Source of the DNA: an uncultured Actinomycetes bacterium
GTDB taxonomy: Bacteria; Actinomycetota; Actinomycetes; S36-B12; CAIYMF01
Direction: 5' to 3'
NCBI GenBank assembly: GCA_963843975.1
Contig: CAWJMG010000003.1
Location: 120,001 to 152,000 of the forward strand
DNA: 32,000 bases
A program made the translations under genes and the position numbers. This document shows positions 17,275-25,957 of the stretch, in pieces. How positions within the stretch are numbered: position 1 is the stretch's first letter; the number at the start of each line of letters is the position of its first letter. The notes below the pieces were generated by a model. The model had not been told where the DNA came from and did no database searches. It worked only from the letters and a program-made list of their open reading frames with translations.

Positions 17275-18708
17275 CTAGGAGTCGAAGCCGAGGCCCAGGC
17301 GGTCGAGGGTGCGGAGCCAGAGGTTGCGACGGCCCTCGGTGCGGTCGGCGCGGTCGAGCGACCAGCGGGTGAGCTCGATCGCGGCCTGACGGACCGGCTC
17401 GGGCGGGAACGGCAGGGGAGTGCTGCGGACCATGCGGGTGCGCGTGCGCTCGGTGTCGCGGCCGTCGAGCAGGTCCAGCATCACGTTCGCGCCGAAGCGG
17501 GTCGCGCCGACGCCGAGCCCGGTGTAGCCGGCGGCGTACGCCACCCGGCCGTCGCGCGCGGTGCCGTAGAACGCCGAGAAGCGCGAGCACGTGTCGATCG
17601 CGCCGCCCCAGGCGTGGCTTGCGCGGATGCCCTCGAGCTGGGGGAACACCTCGGTCAGGTGCTCGGCGAGCAGTGCGAACGACTCGGGCCGCTGGTCGTA
17701 CGCCGACCCCATGCCGTTGCCCCGGTTGTAGATGGCGTCGTAGCCGCCGAACAGGATCCGGCCGTCATCGGTCGGGCGGTAGTAGTGGAACTGGTTGCCC
17801 GAGTCGCCGATGCCCTGCCGGCCCGACCAGCCGATGCTCGCCCACTGGTCGTCGGTGAGCGGTTCGGTCATGAGGACGTAGTCGTACACCGGCACGACCA
17901 GGTGCTTCAGCCGCGCGAGCAGCGGCGGGAATGCGTTGGTGCCCAGAGCGACACGGCGCGCGCGCACGAGGCCGGGGCCGTCGTCCGACTCAGTCGTCAC
18001 CTCGACCTCGATGCCCGAGGTGTCGCCGAAGCCGGTGGCGCGCGTGCCCTCGTGGATGCGCACGCCGACGGCGAGGCACGCGTCGCGCAGTCCCCAGGCG
18101 AGGCGCGCGGGGTTCACGAGCGCGCTGCCCTGCGGGTCGTGGATCGCGCCGACGTAGAGCGGCGAGTCCACCATCGCGCGCACCTGCTCGGCGTCGAGCG
18201 CCTCGATCGTCATGCCGAGGTCGGCGGCCTCGGCGACGGCCTCGGCGTACCCCTCGGTCTGGTAGTGCTCGGTGGCGACGCCGAGCTCGCCGTTGCGCTC
18301 GAACGAGCAGTCGATGCCGTAGCGGACGAGCGTGGCCTCGAGCTCGTCGAGGTTCCGGTGGCCGAGACGCGTGAGCGTGGCCATCTCCTCGGGCCAGCGC
18401 GACATGCCGTTCTCGGTGCCGTGGGTGATCGAGGGGGAGCAGAAGCCGCCGTTGCGGCCGGATGCCGCCCAGCCGATGCGCGAGCCCTCGAGCAGCAGCA
18501 CGTCGCGCGTCGGGTCGGCCTCCTTGGCCAGCAGTGCGGTCCAGAGGCCGCTGAATCCGCCGCCGACCACGAGCAGGTCGGCCGCGGTCGTGCCGCGGTG
18601 CGCGGGCAGGGCGTCGGGGCGGCGCGGGTCGTCGAGCCAGAACGGCAGGGGGCTGGCGTCGCGGACGGCGTCGTACGACGCGGGGCGGGGGCTGCGTGCG
18701 AACGGCAC
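17275..18708 (-). CDS. FAD-dependent oxidoreductase (DAO family, gamma-glutamylputrescine-oxidase-like)
   Basis: 477 aa. GTG start with GAAGGA 8 nt upstream. Dinucleotide-binding motif LLVVGGGFSGLWTA, and WAASGRNGGF. Sits in a polyamine-cluster context. Confidence 0.85.
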   Translation of the reverse strand: MPFARSPRPASYDAVRDASPLPFWLDDPRRPDALPAHRGTTAADLLVVGGGFSGLWTALLAKEADPTRDVLLLEGSRIGWAASGRNGGFCSPSITHGTENGMSRWPEEMATLTRLGHRNLDELEATLVRYGIDCSFERNGELGVATEHYQTEGYAEAVAEAADLGMTIEALDAEQVRAMVDSPLYVGAIHDPQGSALVNPARLAWGLRDACLAVGVRIHEGTRATGFGDTSGIEVEVTTESDDGPGLVRARRVALGTNAFPPLLARLKHLVVPVYDYVLMTEPLTDDQWASIGWSGRQGIGDSGNQFHYYRPTDDGRILFGGYDAIYNRGNGMGSAYDQRPESFALLAEHLTEVFPQLEGIRASHAWGGAIDTCSRFSAFYGTARDGRVAYAAGYTGLGVGATRFGANVMLDLLDGRDTERTRTRMVRSTPLPFPPEPVRQAAIELTRWSLDRADRTEGRRNLWLRTLDRLGLGFDS

Positions 18709-18814
18709 GGTGTCAGTCCTTCGTCGGCCGCCCCGGGTCCTCCGGATGCTGCGGCTGCCCCGGGCGGGCGGAGGCTTCCGCCGGCATGCTCCCGAGGCCC
18801 GCTCAGGCTACCGC

Positions 18815-18840
18815 ACATCCTGAACCGCCGTACAGGATGT
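18815..18840. promoter_or_regulatory. Inverted repeat, candidate operator in the divergent FAD-oxidoreductase/mmsA region
   Basis: ACATCCTG-N10-CAGGATGT, a perfect 8-bp inverted repeat about 100 nt from each divergent start codon. Confidence 0.35.
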
Positions 18841-18938
18841 CGTCCGGCTCTCCGGCCATGACAGGTCGTCAACCCGATCGACGCCTGGCCGTCAGGTTGC
18901 CGGTGGTGCGACGGTCGGCCAGCCGGTTGGATGGGCCC

Positions 18939-20438
18939 ATGACCGAGCCCACCCGCATCACCCACTGGATCGACGGCAAGCCCTTCGGCGCCGTCGCCGA
19001 GCGCACCGGCGAGGTGCGCGACCCCGCCACCGGCGCCCTGTCCGGCCGCGTCGACTTCGCCACGAGCGAGGTCATGGACGAGGCCGTCGCCGCCGCCAAG
19101 GCCGCTTTCGCCGAGTGGGGCAAGACCTCGCTCACCAAGCGCGCCACCGTGCTCTTCGCCTTCCGCCACCTCCTGAACGAGCGCAAGGAGGAGCTCGCCG
19201 CGATCATCACGGCCGAGCACGGCAAGGTGCTGTCGGACGCCCTGGGCGAGGTCACCCGCGGCCTCGAGGTCGTCGAGTTCGCCTGCGGCATCCCGCACCT
19301 GCTCAAGGGCGGCTACTCCGAGGGCGTCTCGACCGGTGTCGACGTCTACTCGATCCGTCAGCCGCTGGGCGTCGTCGGCATCATCTCGCCGTTCAACTTC
19401 CCGGCCATGGTCCCGATGTGGTTCTTCCCCATCGCGATCGCGGCGGGCAACACGGTCATCGTGAAACCGTCCGAGAAGGACCCGTCGGCTGCGAACTTCA
19501 TCGCGCAGCTGTGGGCCGAGGCCGGCCTGCCGGCCGGCGTGTTCAACGTCGTGCACGGCGACAAGGTGGCCGTCGACTCGCTGCTCACGCACAAGGACGT
19601 CAAGAGCATCTCGTTCGTGGGCTCGACCGCGATCGCGAAGTACGTCTACGAGACCGGCACCGCGCACGGCAAGCGCGTGCAGGCCCTCGGCGGCGCAAAG
19701 AACCACATGGTCGTCCTCCCTGACGCCGACCTCGACCTCGCTGCCGATGCCGCGGTCAACGCCGGCTTCGGCTCGGCGGGCGAGCGCTGCATGGCGATCT
19801 CGGCCCTGGTCTGCGTCGGCGACGTCGCCGACCCGCTGGTCGCCAAGATCGCCGAGCGCGTCGCGACGCTGCGCACCGGCGACGGCCGTCGCGGCAGCGA
19901 CATGGGCCCGCTCGTCACCGAGGTGCACCGCGACAAGGTGAAGTCGTACATCGACGCAGGCGAGGCCGACGGCGCCACGATCGTCGTCGACGGTCGCAAC
20001 CCCGAGGTCGACGGCGAGCCCGGCGGCTACTGGCTCGGCCCCACCCTCATCGACAACGTCACCACGGACATGTCGGTCTACACCGACGAGATCTTCGGCC
20101 CGGTGCTCTCGGTCGTCCGCGTCGACACGTACGACGAGGCGCTGACGATGGTCAACGACCACCCGTACGGCAACGGCACGGCGATCTTCACCAACGACGG
20201 CGGCGCCGCGCGCCGCTACCAGAACGAGGTCGAGGTCGGCATGGTCGGCATCAACGTGCCGATCCCCGTGCCGATGGCCTACTACTCGTTCGGCGGCTGG
20301 AAGAACTCGCTGTTCGGCGACAGCCACGCGCACGGCACCGAGGGCGTGCACTTCTTCACCCGCGGCAAGGTCGTCACCTCGCGCTGGCTCGACCCGAGCC
20401 ACGGCGGCATCAACCTGGGCTTCCCGACCCACGGCTGA
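18939..20438 (+). CDS. mmsA: CoA-acylating methylmalonate/malonate-semialdehyde dehydrogenase
   Basis: ATG at 18939. 499 aa. N-terminus ITHWIDGKPF, catalytic GERCMA, and C-terminal YYSFGGWKNSLFGDSHAHGTEGVHFFTRGKVVTSRW typical of MMSDH. Confidence 0.92.
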   Translation: MTEPTRITHWIDGKPFGAVAERTGEVRDPATGALSGRVDFATSEVMDEAVAAAKAAFAEWGKTSLTKRATVLFAFRHLLNERKEELAAIITAEHGKVLSDALGEVTRGLEVVEFACGIPHLLKGGYSEGVSTGVDVYSIRQPLGVVGIISPFNFPAMVPMWFFPIAIAAGNTVIVKPSEKDPSAANFIAQLWAEAGLPAGVFNVVHGDKVAVDSLLTHKDVKSISFVGSTAIAKYVYETGTAHGKRVQALGGAKNHMVVLPDADLDLAADAAVNAGFGSAGERCMAISALVCVGDVADPLVAKIAERVATLRTGDGRRGSDMGPLVTEVHRDKVKSYIDAGEADGATIVVDGRNPEVDGEPGGYWLGPTLIDNVTTDMSVYTDEIFGPVLSVVRVDTYDEALTMVNDHPYGNGTAIFTNDGGAARRYQNEVEVGMVGINVPIPVPMAYYSFGGWKNSLFGDSHAHGTEGVHFFTRGKVVTSRWLDPSHGGINLGFPTHG

Positions 20439-20461
20439 TCCGCCGCAGCACCACGCGCACC

Positions 20462-20495
20462 ACGCAGGGCCTCGCCTCCGGGCGGGGCCCTGCGT
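20462..20495 (+). terminator. Hairpin terminator after mmsA
   Basis: 15-bp stem (20462-20476 pairs with 20481-20495, one G-U pair) with loop TCCG, 24 nt after the stop. Confidence 0.65.
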
Positions 20496-20542
20496 CGCGT
20501 TACCCGCACGACGCAGACGCGCCCACGCGGCACGATGGCGGC

Positions 20543-20936
20543 ATGACCTCCCCGACGTTCGCCGACGTCCTGCGCGCAGAGATCGATCCGGTCGCTGTCC
20601 CGTTCGGCTTCGCCTCGGGCCAGGGGATCCACGACCAGACCATCTTCTGCGCCGACGGTGACGCGCTGTCCGCCGCGCATCCCGGACTCCCGTGGGACGA
20701 GCCTCGGGGGCGGGCCCGGCACCTGCACCGACCTCGTCGTGGACGGCAGCATCCGCACCGGGGTCTACGAGGCGCGCCTCGACGGGCTGCCGCTGCAGGT
20801 CCTGCTGCGCGCGCAGGGCCTCGACGACGAGGCCGCCGCGCTCGACGCAGTCATCGGGGCTCCGACGCACGTCGGCGCCCCCGTCGTCGCCGCGTCACTC
20901 GCGATCCTGCTGAGGGTCACCGCGCGAGCGTCCTGA
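20543..20936 (+). pseudogene. Hypothetical protein (~130 aa) with one frame interruption
   Basis: GC3-rich coding signal starts at ATG 20543 (MTSPTFADVLRAEIDPVAVPFGF...HPGLPWDE). Around 20690-20712 it moves to the next frame (GGGPGTCTDLVVDGS...LRVTARAS, stop at 20934-20936). No family recognised. Confidence 0.5.
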
Positions 20937-21056
20937 CTGGGCGGAATGCGCAGTTCGTCACCCTCGGTGGCCGGGTTCCGGATGTTGGTACGGCGTGTCG
21001 CATAACGGTTCCCGGGAGTTCCCCCACGGCTCCGGGCGAGCACCTACCGTCGGCCC

Positions 21057-21458
21057 ATGAGGCTCACCATCGTTCTGGACTGCCTCGACCCGGACGCCTC
21101 GGTGGAGTTCTGGTCGCTCGCCCTCGGGTACACGCTCGCCGACAAGCTGGACGAGTACCGCGTTCTCGTTCCCTCTCCCGGCCGCGGAGCGTCGCTGGCC
21201 GAGATCCACGGCCCTGTCCTGATCCTCGCCAAGAGCGAGGACCCCAAGGCCGGCAAGAACCGCATGCATATCGACGTCCACCCGGACGACGCCGAGGCCC
21301 ACATCATGCGGCTGCAGCGGCTGGGAGCGACGATCGTCGGTGAACGGGTCGAGCGCTTCGGCATCTGGTGGCAGGTCATGGCGGACCCGGAGGGCAACGA
21401 GCTCTGCGTCGTGTCCGGTGCCCAGGGCCCCGAGCACGGCGACGCCAGCTCGGGCTGA
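21057..21458 (+). CDS. VOC/glyoxalase-family protein
   Basis: 133 aa. LDCLDPDASVEFWSLALGY...KNRMHIDVHPDD...MADPEGNELCV is typical of the glyoxalase-like VOC fold. Confidence 0.8.
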   Translation: MRLTIVLDCLDPDASVEFWSLALGYTLADKLDEYRVLVPSPGRGASLAEIHGPVLILAKSEDPKAGKNRMHIDVHPDDAEAHIMRLQRLGATIVGERVERFGIWWQVMADPEGNELCVVSGAQGPEHGDASSG

Positions 21459-21472
21459 GCCCAGGAAGCGGA

Positions 21473-21512
21473 CGGAGGCCCGGACGCGCCTGGTGGCGCG
21501 TGCGGACCTCCG
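21473..21512. terminator. Imperfect bidirectional hairpin between convergent genes
   Basis: 18-position stem with 2 mismatches (21473-21490 pairs with 21495-21512) and loop TGGT. Lies between the stops at 21458 (+) and 21530 (-). Confidence 0.5.
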
Positions 21513-21529
21513 ACCGGTCGTGCGGGCGA

Positions 21530-23221
21530 TCAGGTGCCGGAGTCCGGCTCCTCGTCGTCCTCGCCGAGCCGTGCCTCCGCACGGGCCTCGGCCTGCGCCT
21601 CGCGCAGCTCGTCGACCGACAGGGGCGGGATGACCGTCTGCTCCTGGCTCGGTGCGTCCGGAAGACCCGGCACCAGGGCCTCGGTCTCGGTGATGGGCTC
21701 GGCCTCGTACACGTGCACGACCGTGTCGCGGTTGAGGACGGTCCCGGTGAAGAAGGCCGGCGACCGCAGCTTCGAGATGATCATGAGGATCACTCCGAGC
21801 AGCAGCGCACCGACCGAGATCAGGAACACGCCTCCGGTCTGCCAGCCGAAGATGTTGATCTGGGTCGCGCTGTTCTCCGGGTTGGCGTTGTCCTTCAGCG
21901 TGACGACGAACGCGCCCAGCAGGATCAGGCCGCCGAGCAGCGGCATGATGATGCGCGCGTTGAGATCTCGGAATCCGCTGCCGCGCTCGTTGCGGAAGTA
22001 CCACGCCGACGCGAATCCGGTGAGGCCGTAGTAGAACGCGATGAGCAGGCCGACGGCGAGCGCGGAGTCGGCGAGGATGTTGTCGCTGATCGCGGCCATC
22101 ATCACGTAGAAGATGATCGAGATCGCGCCCATGGCGATCGTCGAGGTCGTCGGCGTGAAGAAGCGCGGGTGCACCTTCGCGAACGACGCCGGCAGGGCCT
22201 GGTACGCGGCCATCGAGAGGGTCGTGCGGGCGGTCGGCAGAATAGTCGTCTGCGTCGACGCGGCCGCCGAGGTGAGCACCGCGATGATCAGGACCTTCAC
22301 GAACGTGTCGCCGAGCACCTCCGTGCCGAGCACCGCCAGGACGTCGTCCGAGTCGGCGAGCTGCTCGACGCCGCCGAAGGCGACGGCCGCGACGGCGACG
22401 ATGGCGTAGGTCAGCACGAGGATGACCGTCGACAGCACCGCGGCCTTGCCCGGCGTCGTGGCCGGGTCCTTGGTCTCCTCGTTGACCGCGACGGCGGAGT
22501 CCCAGCCCCAGTAGATGAAGACCGCGAGCAGGACGGCGGACGACATCGTGGCGAAGGAGAACGTGCCGTCCTCACCGACGATGTTGAGCGGGTTGAACCA
22601 CGAGAGCGACGGCGTGACGGCGTCCGGGCCGGCCGTGTTGGTGAACACCTTGAACAGCGCGATCACGCTGAACAGCACGAGGATGACGACCTCGATCGCG
22701 AGCATCACGAACTGGAACTTCGCCGAGACCTCGATGCCGCGGTAGCAGACCCAGGTGAGCAGCACGATCCAGATGCACCCGACGAGCGTGACCGCCGCGG
22801 TGTTGTTCGCCAGGTCGTCGAGCCCGAACAGCAGGAAGCCGTAGATGCCGGCGATCTGCGACAGGGAGGCCATGACGACCACGTCGGCCGCGATGATGCC
22901 CCAGCCGCCCATCCAGCCGACCCACGGGCCGAAGGCCTTGGTCGACCAGGTGAACGTGGTGCCGCAGTCGGGCGCCACGCGGTTGAGCTCGCGGTAGGCG
23001 TACGCGATGAACAGCATCGGGATGAACGCCAGCACCATGACGGCGGGCGACTGGAACGCCACGAGCGCGACGACCCCGCCGAGCGTCGCGGCGATCGAGT
23101 ATCCGGGGGCCGTCGACGAGACGCCGATGACCACGCTCGACAGCAGGCCGAGCGCTCCGCCCTTCAGGCCCTTGCTTCCTTGTTCGTACGCACCGCTCGT
23201 CAGCTCGACGTCCTGGCTCAT
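21530..23221 (-). CDS. APC-family amino acid/polyamine permease
   Basis: Polytopic membrane protein. Preferred start is ATG at 23221 (MSQDVELTSGAYEQGSKGLKGGALG), preceded by GGGAGAGGGA. The track ORF extends 22 codons further to 23287. Acidic cytoplasmic C-terminal tail. Confidence 0.85.
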   Translation of the reverse strand: MSQDVELTSGAYEQGSKGLKGGALGLLSSVVIGVSSTAPGYSIAATLGGVVALVAFQSPAVMVLAFIPMLFIAYAYRELNRVAPDCGTTFTWSTKAFGPWVGWMGGWGIIAADVVVMASLSQIAGIYGFLLFGLDDLANNTAAVTLVGCIWIVLLTWVCYRGIEVSAKFQFVMLAIEVVILVLFSVIALFKVFTNTAGPDAVTPSLSWFNPLNIVGEDGTFSFATMSSAVLLAVFIYWGWDSAVAVNEETKDPATTPGKAAVLSTVILVLTYAIVAVAAVAFGGVEQLADSDDVLAVLGTEVLGDTFVKVLIIAVLTSAAASTQTTILPTARTTLSMAAYQALPASFAKVHPRFFTPTTSTIAMGAISIIFYVMMAAISDNILADSALAVGLLIAFYYGLTGFASAWYFRNERGSGFRDLNARIIMPLLGGLILLGAFVVTLKDNANPENSATQINIFGWQTGGVFLISVGALLLGVILMIISKLRSPAFFTGTVLNRDTVVHVYEAEPITETEALVPGLPDAPSQEQTVIPPLSVDELREAQAEARAEARLGEDDEEPDSGT

Positions 23222-23285
23222 GTGTCCCTCTCCCACCCGACCGCCCGGGATGCGGTCCGCGCGGCACGCTACGCCGCGAGCGATC

Positions 23286-23325
23286 ATGAACGGGGGACTT
23301 CCGGGCGACTTCCCGCCGATGAACG
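23286..23325 (-). repeat. Nested direct repeats upstream of the permease gene
   Basis: Plus strand has ATGAACG at 23286-23292 and again at 23319-23325 (33-nt offset). These flank GACTTCC at 23296-23302 and 23307-23313 (11-nt offset). Confidence 0.5.
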
Positions 23326-23340
23326 ATGCTGAGCGACGAG

Positions 23341-23994
23341 TCAGTTGCTCTCCGTGACGCCGTAGCCCTTGCCGCGCCGGTGCGGAGGTGCGGGCTCTGC
23401 TCGTTCGACCGGGCAGCGTGCATCAGGGCAGGCCAGCTCGTCGCACAACCTGCACATGTGCTCGCTCGTGAGCAGGTCGTCCGTGAGCGCTTCGAGCATG
23501 GCCTCGGCCGCCTCGGCGAAGGCGCGCACCTGCTCGTCGTCGAGCGATCCCACGGCCCGCTCGAGGACCTCGCGGCGCGCCGCGAGCACTGCCAGTGCGA
23601 CGCGATCACCCGTATCGGTCAGAGCCAGCAGCTTCGTGCGCCCGTCCTCGCCGGGGATGCGCTCGACGAGGCCGTCCTTCTCGAGGCGGTCGACGAGCTG
23701 CACCGCGCCCGGATGCGTCACCCGGAGCCGCGCGGCGAGGAACGCGATCGGGCGGTCCGGGTACCAGAGCAGCGTGACGAGTGCAGCGGGCGCATTGGCG
23801 CCGTGCCGTGTCGCCCGCGCCGCACCGATGTCCACGCGGTCGACGACGGTGAGGGCGAGCGTCCCGAGCACGTTGGCGGCGAAGGCGCGGTCGGCCCGTA
23901 GGCCACGCCGGGGCGGTCGCGGCGCGTCCGGGGGGATGGCGATGCCGCCCTCCCCGTAGGCCCGGTCTGGCGAGTCCGTACGACGATGCCTCAT
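23341..23994 (-). CDS. MarR-family transcriptional regulator with C-terminal Cys4 tail
   Basis: 217 aa. Winged-HTH core (IAFLAARLRVTHPGAVQLVDRLEKDGLVERIPGEDGRTKLLALTDTG). C-terminal C-x2-C-x4-C-x4-C (CRLCDELACPDARC, coded at 23413-23454). Confidence 0.85.
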   Translation of the reverse strand: MRHRRTDSPDRAYGEGGIAIPPDAPRPPRRGLRADRAFAANVLGTLALTVVDRVDIGAARATRHGANAPAALVTLLWYPDRPIAFLAARLRVTHPGAVQLVDRLEKDGLVERIPGEDGRTKLLALTDTGDRVALAVLAARREVLERAVGSLDDEQVRAFAEAAEAMLEALTDDLLTSEHMCRLCDELACPDARCPVERAEPAPPHRRGKGYGVTESN

Positions 23995-24007
23995 ATAAGC
24001 ACCTTAT
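23995..24007. promoter_or_regulatory. AT-rich palindrome abutting the MarR start codon (candidate MarR operator)
   Basis: ATAAG-cac-CTTAT at 23995-24007 is an unusually AT-rich patch. On the minus strand, TAAGGT (a TANNNT -10-like hexamer) lies 6 nt upstream of the MarR ATG. Confidence 0.4.
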
Positions 24008-24072
24008 GCCTTAACGTGCGCTGGAACAGGCCGCAGCATCAGGTGCGGCCGTACCAGCGAAGGAATCTCCCC

Positions 24073-25322
24073 ATGCGGGTCCTCTGCGTCGGCGCCGGCG
24101 GCGTCGGCTCGTCCGCCGCCCTCATCGCCGCTCGTCGCGACTACTTCGAGTCGTGGGTCGTGGCCGACTACGACCTCGACCGCGCCGAGACTCTCGTCGC
24201 GCGCCTGGGCGACCCGCGCTTCGCCGCCGCCCAGGTCGACGCCTCCGACGCGCACGCCGTCGCCGGCCTGGCGCGCGAGCACGGCATCACGCACGTGCTC
24301 AACGCCGTCGACCCGCGCTTCGTGCTCTCCATCTTCGAGGGAGCGTTCCTCTCCGGCGCCGACTACCTCGACACCGCGATGAGCCTCTCGAGCCCGCACC
24401 CCGAGCAGCCGTTCGAGCTGCCCGGCATCAAGCTCGGTGACGAGCAGTTCGCGCACGACGCCTCGTGGCGCGACTCCGGCCGCCTCGCGCTCGTCGGCAT
24501 CGGCGTCGAGCCCGGGCTCGCGGACGTCTTCGCCCGGTACGCCGAGGACCACCTGTTCTCCGAGATCGACGAGCTCGGCGTCCGCGACGCCGGCAACCTC
24601 GTGATCGACGGATACGACTTCGCGCCGTCGTTCTCGATCTGGACGACGATCGAGGAGTGCCTCAACCCGCCGGTCATCTGGGAGAAGGACCGCGAGCTGG
24701 TTCACCACCGCGCCGTTCTCCGAGCCCGAGGTCTTCGACTTCCCCGAGCGGAATCGGCCCGGTCGAGTGCGTGAACGTGGAGCACGAGGAGGTGCTCCTC
24801 ATGCCGCGCTGGGTGAAGGCCCGCCGCGTGACCTTCAAGTTCGGCCTCGGCGACGAGTTCATCGACGTCCTCAAGACCCTGCACAAGCTCGGTCTCGACC
24901 GCACCGCACCCGTCACCGTTCGCGGCGTCCAGGTCTCGCCGCGCGACGTCGTCGCCGCGTGCCTGCCCGACCCGCTCACCCTCGGCGACAGGATGACCGG
25001 CGCGACCTGCGCCGGCCTCTGGGTCACGGGCACGGGCAAGGACGGCCGGCCGCGCGAGGTCTATCTGTACCACGTGGCCGACAACGAGTGGACGATGAAG
25101 GAGTACGGCGCCCAGGCGGTCGTGTGGCAGACCGCCATGAACCCGGTCGTGGCGCTCGAGCTCCTCGCGACCGGCGTGTGGACGGGTGCCGGCGTGCTCG
25201 GCCCCGAGGCGTTCGACTCCGTGCCGTTCCTCGACCTGCTGCGCGACGGCTACGGCCAGGCGTGGGGCATCCAGGAGCGCGACCCGCAGACGCACGCCGT
25301 CCTCACCGACCTGCCCGGCTGA
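24073..25322 (+). pseudogene. Saccharopine-dehydrogenase-family NAD(P)-binding protein, two frame interruptions
   Basis: ATG at 24073 with GAAGGA 8 nt upstream. Rossmann motif VLCVGAGGVGS. The homology signal runs in frame 1 to ...PPVIWEKDR (about 24693). It then runs in frame 2 for WFTTAPFSEPEVFDFPE (24698-24748) and in frame 0 from GIGPVECVNVEHEE (24750) to the stop at 25322. Removing one base at each junction gives about 415 aa. Confidence 0.85.
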
Positions 25323-25336
25323 GGACCCAGCTCGTG

Positions 25337-25370
25337 CGAGAGCCGCACCCCGGACGGGGTGCGGCTCTCG
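25337..25370. terminator. Bidirectional hairpin terminator between convergent genes
   Basis: Perfect 15-bp stem CGAGAGCCGCACCCC / GGGGTGCGGCTCTCG with loop GGAC. Lies between the stops at 25322 (+) and 25385 (-). Confidence 0.7.
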
Positions 25371-25384
25371 TCGTCCCCTGAGTG

Positions 25385-25957
25385 CTACAGCGCCGTGACG
25401 TCGACGTCGGCGGGCACGAGGACCGCGTCGATCACGTGGATGACGCCGTTGGAGGCTGCGACGTCCGGCGTGACGACGGTGGCGCCACCGACCTTGATGC
25501 CGCCGTCGGTCGTGATCGTGAGCTTCGAGCCCTCCACTGTGGCCACGTCACCGGCGACGACGTCGCTGGACGGGACGTTCGCTGCGACGACGTGGTAGGT
25601 CAGGATCTTGGCGAGCACGGCCTTGTTCTCGGGCAGCAGCAGCTTGTCGAGCAGGCCGGCAGGAAGCGCCGCGAACGCCTCGTTGGTCGGAGCGAACACG
25701 GTGAACGGGCCGGTGCCGCTCAGGGTCTCGGCGAGCCCGGCCGCCTTCACGGCGGCGACGAGCGTGGTGAAGTCGGGGTTGGCGGCGGCAACGTCGACGA
25801 CCGTGCCGGGCGTGGCCGGGGTGGAGGCGGCGGCCGACGAGGACGTCGGTGCGGGTGCGCTCGACGACGGGGTCGCGTCCGAGCTGCTGCCGCAGGCGGC
25901 AAGGGTCAGTGCCGCGAGGCCGGCGACGGCGATGGTGGCGATCCGAGTGGTGCGCAT
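25385..25957 (-). CDS. Fasciclin (FAS1) domain lipoprotein, generic type
   Basis: 190 aa. Signal peptide with lipobox LTLAAC, S/A/T/P linker, and FAS1 motifs ([33 protein letters not shown]). Lacks the Cys pair of the 5914-6561 paralog. Confidence 0.9.
   Translation of the reverse strand: MRTTRIATIAVAGLAALTLAACGSSSDATPSSSAPAPTSSSAAASTPATPGTVVDVAAANPDFTTLVAAVKAAGLAETLSGTGPFTVFAPTNEAFAALPAGLLDKLLLPENKAVLAKILTYHVVAANVPSSDVVAGDVATVEGSKLTITTDGGIKVGGATVVTPDVAASNGVIHVIDAVLVPADVDVTAL

Noticed and set aside
20950-20985. Third copy of GCAGTTCGT (reverse complement ACGAACTGC), with GGAACC 15 nt and ACATCC 21 nt upstream on the minus strand.
   Set aside because: Spacing to the CCATCC-like hexamer is wrong. 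A minus-strand promoter here would fire antisense into the hypothetical gene and mmsA, with no minus-strand gene downstream for over 2 kb. Probably chance.
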